DNA of 64,000 nucleotides from an uncultured Gammaproteobacteria bacterium (lineage in GTDB: Bacteria; Patescibacteriota; Microgenomatia; Levybacterales; UBA12049): positions 204,748 through 268,747 of the forward strand of contig CAYRJZ010000001.1 of NCBI GenBank assembly GCA_964424775.1. Reading direction: 5' to 3'. The position numbers were made by a program, and so were the translations under genes. This document shows positions 16,429 to 26,000 of this stretch, piece by piece (the stretch's first letter is position 1; every line of letters begins with the position of its first letter). The notes under the pieces were generated by a model. It saw only the letters and a program-made list of their open reading frames with translations, did no database searches and was not told the origin of the DNA.

Positions 16429-17898
16429 TTATGAGGTTAATCTTGGAAATAGAGGTGACGAACTTGTTATTTTTCCAGAAAACTGTTTTAGAATTTTTTC
16501 TGAAGTTGATGGGAGAAACGGCTGAAGAGCGTATGCAATTATTCTCAGTTCTTGAATGAGCTCGAGTAATATACTTGTTGCTTCCTCTTGTGAGAGTGAC
16601 CATGGCTTCGTTTCATTTAATTTTTTATCGAGTTTGGCAATGTGTTGCCATATTGACTCAAGAGCATTATGAAACATAAATTGATCAAGGTTATTTTTCA
16701 CCTCGGCTGAGAGAGAAATTTCACTTGTTTCAATTGTTAGTTGATTATTTTCAGCAAGTTTGGCAAGTCTAGAAACAAGATTGCCAAGTCCATTTGCGAG
16801 GTCAGATGTATAGGCTTCGAGAAGTTTTTCTTCAGAAAAGTCTCCGTCTTGAAATGGTGAGATCTTTGCAAGACAGTAGTACCTCAATGCATCTGTTCCA
16901 TACTTTTCGACCATATCAAGTGGATTAATGACATTTCCAAGAGTTTTGGACATCTTCTGACCGTTAACCGTAAAGTATTCATGCACAAAAAGTTTTTTGG
17001 GAAGCTGGAGTCCAGCAGAAATGAGAATAGCAGGCCAATACACTGCATGAAAACGAATAATTCCTTTTCCGATGACATGGAGGTCTGCCGGCCACCACAA
17101 ATTATATTTTTCTTCATCCCAGCCAAATCCTATTCCTGACTGGTAAATGTTAAGCGCATCAAACCACACATAAATTCTCTGAGTTGGATCGTTTGGAACT
17201 GGCACTCCCCAATTTTTTGCTCTGGTGCTACTTCGTGAAATACTGAAATCTTGCAATCCAGACTTTATAAAGGAGAGAATTTCGTTTTTTCTGAACTCAG
17301 GAACAATTTGATACGTGTTACTTTCAAAAAGTTCTAGAAGTTGATCCTGATAACGACTCAGTTTGAAAAAATAATTTTCTTCTTCAATTTCTTCAAGTGG
17401 TTTGCCTGGATGTTCAGGGCATTCTGCATTTTCATTTAGTTCAGAGGTGGCCTTAAATTCCTCACATCCTACACAGTATAATCCTTTATACGCTTTTTTA
17501 TAAATATCGCCATTTTTATCACACAGTTCCCAGAGTTTTTGACTCGATAAAAAATGCTTCTCCTGATCTGATCCTTTTTGAAATATATCAAAGTTGACTG
17601 AGAGACGATTTGCTAACACTTCAAATTTTTTTGCATTTTCATCAATAAATACTTGAATATCCTGCCCGGCTTTTTCAGCTGCCTGAACATTTTTCACAGC
17701 ATTTTCATCAGAGCCGCAAAGATACAGGACATCCTTTCTTAGTAACTTCTGAAATCGTGCGATAGTATCTGCCTGAATAAACTCAAGTGCATGTCCAATA
17801 TGAGGAGCAGCATTGACATAAGGAATAGCGCTCGTAATATAGTATTTGTTCATAAGTTCGTTCATTCTACCAGAGTATTTAGCCTCAAACAAGCTCAC
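16429..17898 (-). CDS. metG: methionyl-tRNA synthetase (short form, no C-terminal tRNA-binding domain)
   Basis: YITSAIPYVNAAPHIGHALEFIQADTIARF, zinc knuckle CVGCEEF...CPEHPGK, KMSKTLGNVINP. Confidence 0.9.
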   Translation of the reverse strand: MSLFEAKYSGRMNELMNKYYITSAIPYVNAAPHIGHALEFIQADTIARFQKLLRKDVLYLCGSDENAVKNVQAAEKAGQDIQVFIDENAKKFEVLANRLSVNFDIFQKGSDQEKHFLSSQKLWELCDKNGDIYKKAYKGLYCVGCEEFKATSELNENAECPEHPGKPLEEIEEENYFFKLSRYQDQLLELFESNTYQIVPEFRKNEILSFIKSGLQDFSISRSSTRAKNWGVPVPNDPTQRIYVWFDALNIYQSGIGFGWDEEKYNLWWPADLHVIGKGIIRFHAVYWPAILISAGLQLPKKLFVHEYFTVNGQKMSKTLGNVINPLDMVEKYGTDALRYYCLAKISPFQDGDFSEEKLLEAYTSDLANGLGNLVSRLAKLAENNQLTIETSEISLSAEVKNNLDQFMFHNALESIWQHIAKLDKKLNETKPWSLSQEEATSILLELIQELRIIAYALQPFLPSTSEKILKQFSGKITSSSPLFPRLTS

Positions 17899-18236
17899 TG
17901 ATGATTTTTACTCGTAAAGAGAAGTTCAAGGGTTAGGAAAAGCGCTAATAAAAGTAGAAAAAAGAAAGGATGGGTAAGTCCCCACAATCGAAAAAGGAGA
18001 TAGAGACCAACAAAGAAAGCTAAGAGTACTCCATGTTTTTTGCTTTTAAGAAAAAAAGTGGTGACTGAATACAGGAGAGTGATAATGAGAATGAAGAAGA
18101 AAGGAATGATTCTAAGTCGAATACCAAAAAAATCATATGTATAAGAAGGTGGGAAGAAGAAAATGAGAAGAGATAATACAACAAAGGAAAAAATACTTAT
18201 GAAGAGATAGAGAAAATTCCGTTGCTTTTTCCGCAT
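17895..18236 (-). CDS. small integral membrane protein, hypothetical
   Basis: 113 aa, 3 TM helices. 4-nt overlap with metG start. No family recognised. Confidence 0.35.
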   Translation of the reverse strand: MRKKQRNFLYLFISIFSFVVLSLLIFFFPPSYTYDFFGIRLRIIPFFFILIITLLYSVTTFFLKSKKHGVLLAFFVGLYLLFRLWGLTHPFFFLLLLALFLTLELLFTSKNHQ

Positions 18237-18285
18237 ACTATTATTGTAATCACAAAAAATCTTCCTGTCTTCTTACAAAATATTA

Positions 18286-18322
18286 TTGACAAAAAATAGC
18301 ACTCCTGTTATTATAGTGCTAA
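18286..18322 (+). promoter_or_regulatory. sigma-70 promoter (TTGACA-17-TATTAT) overlapping a CIRCE operator (HrcA binding site)
   Basis: TTGACA 18286-18291, TATTAT 18309-18314. Inverted repeat TAGCACTC-ctgttatta-TAGTGCTAA at 18297-18322, matching the CIRCE consensus TTAGCACTC-N9-GAGTGCTAA in 16/18 positions. Directly upstream of hrcA. Confidence 0.75.
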
Positions 18323-18337
18323 CATCTGGTACTGACT

Positions 18338-19075
18338 ATGCATAACTTAACACAAAGACAAATTCAGATTCTCAAAGCAATTATTGAAGAGTATATTAAT
18401 ACTGCTGATGCTGTTGGATCTGAAACACTTGAGAAAAAATACAACTTAAGTGCGTCACCAGCGACTATTCGTAACGAAATGGTTCGTCTTTCAGAATTAG
18501 GATATTTGAAAAAACCCCATTCTTCAGCTGGACGAGTACCGACACCTGCAGGGATGAAATTCTATGTGCGAGAGCTCATGAAAGAAAAAGAGCTTTCAAC
18601 AGTAGAAGAAGTTGCGTTAAAGGAAGGTATCTGGGATTATCGAGAGCAAATGCAGCGCTTCCTCAAAGAGGCAACAAAGTCTCTTGCACAAAAAACGGGA
18701 GCACTTGCTATTGCTACGACAAATTCAGGTGATGTTCTCGCTTCCGGATATGCAAATATTCTTGAGATGCCAGAGTTTTTTGATATTGATATTACCAAAG
18801 CGCTTCTCTCAACACTTGATGAGTATGACTATTTCCATGATCTTTGCCAAAAATCATATACATCAATGGGAGAGGACATATACATTTTGATGGGAGATGA
18901 ACTGGGTCAGCAACTCACCGGACCATATAGCTTTGTCTTTACTCATTACGAGACACCACAACATGGTTCAGGAGAGATAGGAGTAATTGGTCCAGTAAGA
19001 CTTAATTATACGACGGTTGTTCCAACGGTCAGATATTTTGGAAATTTAATTGAATCGATTGCAAAAGGATGGTAA
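18338..19075 (+). CDS. hrcA: heat-inducible transcription repressor HrcA (short form)
   Basis: MHNLTQRQIQILKAIIEEYINTADAVGSETLEKKYNLSASPATIRNEMVRLSELGYL winged-helix N-terminus. Position upstream of grpE-dnaK. CIRCE upstream. Confidence 0.8.
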   Translation: MHNLTQRQIQILKAIIEEYINTADAVGSETLEKKYNLSASPATIRNEMVRLSELGYLKKPHSSAGRVPTPAGMKFYVRELMKEKELSTVEEVALKEGIWDYREQMQRFLKEATKSLAQKTGALAIATTNSGDVLASGYANILEMPEFFDIDITKALLSTLDEYDYFHDLCQKSYTSMGEDIYILMGDELGQQLTGPYSFVFTHYETPQHGSGEIGVIGPVRLNYTTVVPTVRYFGNLIESIAKGW

Positions 19076-19578
19076 TGATGAGAGACGACGCAGTATCACA
19101 AAATGACATTCAAGAAAAGGAACAAGTAATGGCGAATGAAAGCGTTGAACCGGAAGAAATTCAGATAAATGAGTGGCAGAATAAATATAAAAGAGCGTTA
19201 GCAGATTATCAGAACCTTGAAAAGCGTGTGCGAGAAGAGAGAGGTGACCTTATTAGGTCGGCAAATAGAGATATTCTCTTGCGATTTTTGCCAATTTTGG
19301 ATACATTACTTATGGCAGAAGCTCATACAAAAGACCAGACACTATCTGTCTGTGTCCAGCAATTTCTCGATACGCTTAAGTCAGAGAATGTGACGAGAAT
19401 AAAAACAGTCGGTGAACAATTTAATCCTGAGATAATGGAAGTTATTACGACAGGACCAGGAAAGGAAGGAGTTGTTATGTCAGAGGTACGATCAGGATTC
19501 CTCTTACATGATAAACTCTTACGACCTGCACAAGTGATTGTGGGGAATGGAGAAAAAGAAATAAAGGAGAAAAATTAA
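19069..19578 (+). CDS. grpE: nucleotide exchange factor GrpE
   Basis: [45 protein letters not shown]. Operon position. Confidence 0.85.
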   Translation: MVMMRDDAVSQNDIQEKEQVMANESVEPEEIQINEWQNKYKRALADYQNLEKRVREERGDLIRSANRDILLRFLPILDTLLMAEAHTKDQTLSVCVQQFLDTLKSENVTRIKTVGEQFNPEIMEVITTGPGKEGVVMSEVRSGFLLHDKLLRPAQVIVGNGEKEIKEKN

Positions 19579-19580
19579 TT

Positions 19581-21470
19581 ATGGGAAAGATTATAGGTAT
19601 TGATTTAGGTACAACAAATTCAGCAATGGCTGTAATGGAGGGAGGATCTCCCAAAGTTATCCATTCTGCAGAAGGACGAAATGTCATTCCATCAGTTGTT
19701 GATCCAAAGACACATGTGGTAGGAGATGTTGCAAAGCGACAGATGGTGTTAAAGCCGAAAGAGACTCTTTTTTCAGTAAAGCGTTTGATGGGTAAGAAAT
19801 TTTCAGATCCATCTGTTCAGCAGGACATGAAATTGCTTCCATACACAGTAAAAGCAGGACGCGATGATATGGCAGTCGTTGAGGTTGATGGCAAAACATA
19901 CACACCTCAAGAAATATCAGCAATGATACTTCAGAAAATTAAAGCTGATGCTGAAGCATATTTAGGTGAAAAAGTGACAGAAGCAGTTATTACTGTTCCT
20001 GCATACTTTGACGATAGTCAGCGTCAGGCTACCAAACAAGCAGGTGAAATTGCAGGTCTTGATGTAAAGCGTATTATTAATGAACCGACAGCAGCAGCTC
20101 TTGCTTACGGACTTGATAAAAAAGATGCTCACACTATTGCTGTGTATGATCTTGGAGGAGGAACATTTGATATTTCTATTCTTGAACTAGGAGAAGGGGT
20201 AACAGAGGTTAAGTCTACGAATGGAGATACGCATCTCGGAGGAGATGATTTTGACCAGGTAATTATTGATTTTATTGCGGATGAATTTAAAAAAGAAAAT
20301 AGTATTGATCTTCGTAAAGACCCTCAGGCTCTTCAGAGATTGAAGGAGTCTGCTGAAAAAGCGAAAATTGAACTTTCAACTTCTCAAGAAGCACAAATTA
20401 ATCAGCCATTTATTACTCAGGGAGAGTCAGGACCACTTCATCTGACCATGAGTCTTTCTCGAGCAAAACTTGAGAGTCTTGTTGATGATCTTATTCAAAA
20501 AACACTTCAACCAGTGGAGAAAGCCTTGAAGGATGCGAATATGAAGGCATCAGATGTTGATGAGGTAGTTCTCGTTGGTGGAATGACACGTATGCCAAAG
20601 ATAGTTGAGACTGTCTCAAAGTTCTTTGGAAAGGAGCCAAATAAATCAGTTAATCCTGATGAAGTAGTTGCAATAGGGGCTGCTGTACAAGGTGGTGTTC
20701 TTTCAGGAGACGTGAAAGATGTCCTACTTTTAGACGTCACGCCTCTTACTCTTGGAATTGAGACTTTGGGTGGCGTCTCAACACCTCTTATCCCACGAAA
20801 TACAACTATTCCTACATCAAAATCTCAGGTGTTCTCAACTGCTTCAGATAATCAAACCCAGGTAGAAATTAATATCTTACAAGGAGAAAGACCAATGGCG
20901 CAGGATAATAAATCGCTTGGGAGATTTATTTTGGATGGAATTCCTCCAGCTCCACGAGGTATGCCACAAGTTGAGGTAACATTTGATATTGATGCGAGTG
21001 GTATCCTTCACGTTAAGGCACAAGATAAAGCGTCAGGAAAAGAGCAGAGTATTAAAATAACTGGAAGTACCGGTCTTTCAAAAGAGGAAGTAGAGCGAAT
21101 GACAAAAGAAGCAGAAATGCATGCAAAAGAAGATGAAGAGAAAAAAGAACAGATTGAAGCGAAAAATCAGGCAGATGCCCTTATTTTTACTGCTGAGAAG
21201 TCCTTAAAGGATGCTGGAGATAAAGTAAGTGATGATGTGAAGAAAGAAGTGGAGGAGAAGATTTCTGCACTGAAGAGTATTCTCGATACTGGTTCAAAAG
21301 AAGAATTACAATCAAAAACTCAAGAACTCTCTGAGAGTCTTCAAAAAGTTGGTCAAGCGATGTATCAGCAAAATACACAGCAAGAAACACCAGCAAAAGA
21401 AGATACCTCTTCCGAGGCAAAATCATCAGATGAGCCAGTTGAAGGGGAGGTAGTCGATGACGGAAAATAA
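19581..21470 (+). CDS. dnaK: chaperone DnaK (Hsp70)
   Basis: [37 protein letters not shown] and C-terminal lid. Unmistakable. Confidence 0.97.
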   Translation: MGKIIGIDLGTTNSAMAVMEGGSPKVIHSAEGRNVIPSVVDPKTHVVGDVAKRQMVLKPKETLFSVKRLMGKKFSDPSVQQDMKLLPYTVKAGRDDMAVVEVDGKTYTPQEISAMILQKIKADAEAYLGEKVTEAVITVPAYFDDSQRQATKQAGEIAGLDVKRIINEPTAAALAYGLDKKDAHTIAVYDLGGGTFDISILELGEGVTEVKSTNGDTHLGGDDFDQVIIDFIADEFKKENSIDLRKDPQALQRLKESAEKAKIELSTSQEAQINQPFITQGESGPLHLTMSLSRAKLESLVDDLIQKTLQPVEKALKDANMKASDVDEVVLVGGMTRMPKIVETVSKFFGKEPNKSVNPDEVVAIGAAVQGGVLSGDVKDVLLLDVTPLTLGIETLGGVSTPLIPRNTTIPTSKSQVFSTASDNQTQVEINILQGERPMAQDNKSLGRFILDGIPPAPRGMPQVEVTFDIDASGILHVKAQDKASGKEQSIKITGSTGLSKEEVERMTKEAEMHAKEDEEKKEQIEAKNQADALIFTAEKSLKDAGDKVSDDVKKEVEEKISALKSILDTGSKEELQSKTQELSESLQKVGQAMYQQNTQQETPAKEDTSSEAKSSDEPVEGEVVDDGK

Positions 21471-21801
21471 GTTTTCTCCTGAAGAATATAGTCAAGCTCC
21501 TTTAACTTTTTCAGACACGAATGAAGAGTCCATACCTCATCAAAGTGGAAATCCACCTATTCCAGTACAGCCTCGAACAGAGGAAGAGCGCGCTTTAGAC
21601 CTCTATGATGATCAAGGAATTAGAACAAAGTCTCTTCCAGCGTCACGATTGGCTGGACCAGTGAAGTCTGGGGTAAATAGTCTTCCTGATTCATTTTCCC
21701 CTCTTCCTATTCCCGACCCACGAAATAGAAGAACTGAACGTGCACCATGGTGGAGAGGTCCTCGTAAAAAGTCAGTGAAGGGAGTAAGAAATGGCAAGTA
21801 A
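21457..21801 (+). CDS. hypothetical small disordered protein between dnaK and dnaJ
   Basis: 114-aa ORF filling the 320-nt dnaK-dnaJ gap, overlapping both ends. P/S-rich with a basic C-terminal tail. No family. Coding status uncertain. Confidence 0.25.
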   Translation: MTENKFSPEEYSQAPLTFSDTNEESIPHQSGNPPIPVQPRTEEERALDLYDDQGIRTKSLPASRLAGPVKSGVNSLPDSFSPLPIPDPRNRRTERAPWWRGPRKKSVKGVRNGK

Positions 21802-22678
21802 TGACTATTATCAGATATTAGGTGTTTCTAAATCTGCAACTCAGGATGAAATAAAAAAATCATATCGAAAACTCGCCCTGCAGTATCATCCTGATCGAAA
21901 TAAGACAAAAGAAGGAGAAGAGAAATTTAAAGAAATCACAAAAGCGTATGAAGTTCTGTCCGATCCTCAGAAAAGACAAACGTATGACCAGTTCGGAGCG
22001 AGTGCTTTTGAAGGTGGAGCAGGCACAGGAGCAGGAGGCCCCTTTGGAGGATTTGGCGGACAATCTGGGCGTTATGGACCGTTTTCATATACCTATTCAA
22101 CTGGTGGAGATGGACAGGGGTTTGATTTTGGAGGGTTCTCAGATCCATTTGAAATTTTTGAACAATTTTTCGGAGGTGCATCGCCATTTGGTTCACGTGC
22201 GCGTCGACCCGTCTATTCATTATCGCTTAGCTTTAAAGAAGCTGTTACTGGTGTAGAAAAGGAAGTAAATATTGATGGGAAAAAACAAAAAATAAAAATT
22301 CCCGCTGGAGTGGATACAGGTACTCGTATGAGATTTGGGGAGTTTGATCTCGTTTTTGACGTTGCCAGTGATCCAAAGTACCAGCGTGAAGGCTCAGACG
22401 TTATTACCATTGAAGAAATTACTTTTCCTCAGGCAGTCCTTGGAGACACAATTGAGGTAGAAACAGTAGAAGAAAAAGTATCGATAAAAGTACCGCCTGG
22501 TACGCAGCCTGAAACCCTTATTAGACTCAGAGGAAAAGGTATCCAAAGACTTCAAAGTACGAGTAAAGGTGACCATTATGTTCGAATAAAGGTTGTTATT
22601 CCAAAGACTGTTACGAAAAAACAAAAAGAATTACTTGAGCAATTTGAGAAAGATAACGGTAAAAAAGGCTGGTTCTAA
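21791..22678 (+). CDS. dnaJ: DnaJ-family co-chaperone, class B (CbpA-like, no zinc-finger domain)
   Basis: J domain [36 protein letters not shown]-rich linker and C-terminal substrate-binding domains. No CxxCxGxG repeats anywhere in the 295 aa. Confidence 0.85.
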   Translation: MASNDYYQILGVSKSATQDEIKKSYRKLALQYHPDRNKTKEGEEKFKEITKAYEVLSDPQKRQTYDQFGASAFEGGAGTGAGGPFGGFGGQSGRYGPFSYTYSTGGDGQGFDFGGFSDPFEIFEQFFGGASPFGSRARRPVYSLSLSFKEAVTGVEKEVNIDGKKQKIKIPAGVDTGTRMRFGEFDLVFDVASDPKYQREGSDVITIEEITFPQAVLGDTIEVETVEEKVSIKVPPGTQPETLIRLRGKGIQRLQSTSKGDHYVRIKVVIPKTVTKKQKELLEQFEKDNGKKGWF

Positions 22679-22730
22679 ATAGGAGAAAATTGTTTTTTCC
22701 CCCTAATCCACGTATACTTTTCTTAGCAGT

Positions 22731-22750
22731 ACCGTCTGAAAACGGTTTTT
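22731..22750 (+). terminator. rho-independent terminator after dnaJ
   Basis: accgt-ctgaaa-acggt followed by ttttt. Confidence 0.5.
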
Positions 22751-22762
22751 CTGCTATGAAGC

Positions 22763-23056
22763 ATGTGCGGACCGAATGAAACCTTGACTCAGCTTGGATG
22801 CTTACCAAATGATCCTGTTCAGTTTATCGGTGAGTTTTATACTATTGGGCTAGGAATAATTGGAGGAGTAGCCCTTCTTTTTATTATTTTTGGGGGTTAC
22901 ATTATTCTTACCTCACGAGGAAATCCGCACCAACTCAATACAGGGAAAAGTTATATTTACTACTCGATTTTTGGACTCTTACTGGCAATATTCGGATATC
23001 TCTTTATAGAGGTGGTTCTTGTCGATATTTTGCGTATTCCTGGTATATCTCGATAA
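22763..23056 (+). CDS. small two-TM hairpin membrane protein, hypothetical
   Basis: 97 aa. Helices IGLGIIGGVALLFIIFGGYIIL and IYYSIFGLLLAIFGYLFIEVVLVDIL, separated by a short polar loop. Ends 3 nt before the giant downstream ORF. Confidence 0.5.
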   Translation: MCGPNETLTQLGCLPNDPVQFIGEFYTIGLGIIGGVALLFIIFGGYIILTSRGNPHQLNTGKSYIYYSIFGLLLAIFGYLFIEVVLVDILRIPGISR

Positions 23057-23059
23057 TAT

Positions 23060-26000
23060 ATGAAAAAGTTTCTGCCCAAACTGCTCCTTTTTGTTGTTAT
23101 TCTTACTTGTTTTGTAGCAGTTCCAAGACCGACTCAAGCACAGAATCTAGATACTCAACTTCCCCAAGTAGGATCATGGATACGTGACCCTGAGGTTACA
23201 CGTGTTGGTAAAAATGCATCTCGCTCTGGAATGCTTTTAGACTGGACACTGAAAGAATATCGTTGGACCGCTCAGTCATATGATGGCACCAATAATCCTC
23301 TCGTTCCCTTCTGGCAAATCGTACAAAGAATAGTCTATGCACTCTTTCTGGTCGTCATTATGATAACCGCATTTATTTTAATAGTTACGCGTGGAAAGAG
23401 TCTCTCAGCAAAGAGATTCCTGCCTCGCTTCTTTCTTGTCATCTTACTTGTGACATTTTCTTTTTCACTTGTTCAATTTCTCTATCAAATTACTGATATT
23501 TTTCAAGGATTTTTCCTTCGCAATCCCCAAGGAGCGATTATCTCCTCAAAAGATTTGTTATTTATAGGTTTTGATTATAGGACATTTGAAGGACTGAGAC
23601 GTTTTGGCCCTGATTTTGACGAGACAGCTTTTACTTCATTACTCTTTGTTAAGCTAACAGCCTTTACCTACTATGCAATGTCTATTCTGCTGATTATTCG
23701 AAAAATTATATTATGGTTTTTTGTTGTTATTTCACCTGTTTTTCCTCTGCTAATTCTCTTTTACCCAGTTCGAAATACCGCAAAAATTTGGATAGGGGAA
23801 TTCTTTAGATGGCTGTTATACGCTCCTCTTTTTGCAATATTTCTTTCAGGCCTTGTTCGTCTTTGGCAGTCAAATTTACCATTGCTTTTCAGTAATGAAG
23901 GAGTTGGTGATCCTTCAAAAATAATCTATCCAACTGCAATTAATATTCTTCTCGGTGGTCCGCAACAGCAAGTAGGAATAAATAACAGTATCAACCTTCC
24001 CGATACCTTTGCACTTTATCTTGTTGCAATTATTATGCTCTGGGTAGTTATAATACTGCCTTTTATTTTGCTTCAAATATTTTTAGATTATATGATGGCA
24101 TTTAATTATCGAGAGAATCCAGCAGTAAAGCAGATGATGGGGATTATAAATAATAGACTGGCTCCTCCTTCAAATCCCAAAACGCCAGTTATTCCTGTCG
24201 GACCTGCGACAACAGGAATGGCACGTAATTTGCCTTTCACCAGAAAGTACACAGCTCCAACTTCAACGGGGCTTGCTCGAGAGATTCCACAGGCAAGGAC
24301 TATTTCCCAGAGAACCCGTATTGATCGAACGACACCAGTTTTGAGAAGTAAAACAGCTGAGATCTCACGTCTTACTAACTTATCAATTCCAACAATGAGA
24401 GACATTGCCCGGTATGAGCGTGAGAAACTAGCAAATAGTGTCTTAATGCAGAAAGAATCGGTAAGGACTCAGGAGATATTAAGAAATATTGCCAATCCTG
24501 CATCAATCTCTACAGTAACTGAGCGTGATAGATTTCGACAAATTCGGGAGAAGTTGGTAAATGAAAGTACAAAAGGAGACCAGATTTCTTCATCTGTCTT
24601 AAATGCCGCTTCATTATTCAATTCATATGTAACTTCCACATCTACTCAGTCTGCATCAAGTACGCTTCAAACAATTATTCAGCAGTTAACAAATCCTTCA
24701 GTTATTACAAATACTACTGATCGAGAGAAAATTACTGAGATAAGAGAGAAGCTTAATTCAGTAAAAGATTCTGGAAAAGAGTATGTTTCCTCTATCCTAA
24801 AATCGATCTCAGTTCAGGATAAGAGTCAAATGAAGGAAACATCATTGCAAAGTGTTCTCCAAAAATTGTCTCAGACTAATTCGATAACTGATCAAAAAGA
24901 GAAATTACAGTATCAGTCGCTTCGTGAGAAGATAACTGATGCAAGTCGTTCAGGAAATCAGTTGGCAACATTAGTAAGAGAATCGCTTGAAAAATCGACC
25001 TCAACTGAGCAAGTAAAACATATTCAGCAAGAGCTTATCCGCGCGAAAGAACAAGGTAATCCCCTTGCAGGTGAGATTCTTAAACAAGCCCAAAATGAAA
25101 GTAAGAAAGAAGTTGATTCCCAAACTCTCATCACTCAATTAGAAGAAGCTAAGAAGCAAGGTGATCCGTTAGCAACCCTTCTTCTCCAATTGATTACTCA
25201 AAAGAAATCACAGACACAGAAAGCACCTGTTCCAGCAAATGCAAAAACAAAGACTGGATCCTTCCCTGTAGTAAATAGAATTCAACAGGTAAGCCTTGAT
25301 GATTATGAAGCAGTAAAGAAAATGTGGAGTGAGAACTATCGCGACCTTGAAGTCCCTCAAAGTATTTCAGGTACTCAATCACGAAAGCAGTGGATTAGTA
25401 GTGATATTTTGGATATTGAACAGACTATTAGTCTATTGACATCACAAAATAGTGCAGATGTTGAAGATGGTATGAAACAGGTGGCTGATATCTTGCCATT
25501 CCTTCTCATTGGTGGATTTAGTCAGACAGAGATAGTTGCATATTTAAAAGCAAAACTTGAAGCTGGTAAATCAGTTCTTGAAGAAGTTGAGAAACAAGTT
25601 GAGGAGGAGGATACACTTCTTGAGACAAAGAGGCGAACAACTGAAAATGAGAAACATCTTGCAGCGTCTCAAGAAATTAATGAGACGAACTATTCACAAA
25701 ATAATGCACAAAGTATTACGAATAATTTTAATACGACAAACATAAGTAATGAAAATATTGAAACAACAGACGTTCAGTCAGGCGTAAGTACCCCTTCAAA
25801 TACATTACTTCAGCTTACTCATTTGTCACTTCCAACCATAAAAGATATTGTGAGATTTGAACAAAGCAAAATAGCAGAGAGGAAAGAGATGCTATCAGAA
25901 TCCGAAAGAATTTTAACGTATTTAGCACATCCTGAAAGGTTAAACCCAGAGGAAAGAGTAAAGTATCAGGAACTTCATGATCAACTCCTGTCAGAAAGTG

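Noticed and set aside
22690-22718. TTGTTT-17-TATACT promoter-like hexamers upstream of the dnaJ terminator
   Set aside because: It would launch a transcript straight into the terminator hairpin at 22731-22750. The hexamers are weak matches in AT-rich DNA and are probably fortuitous.
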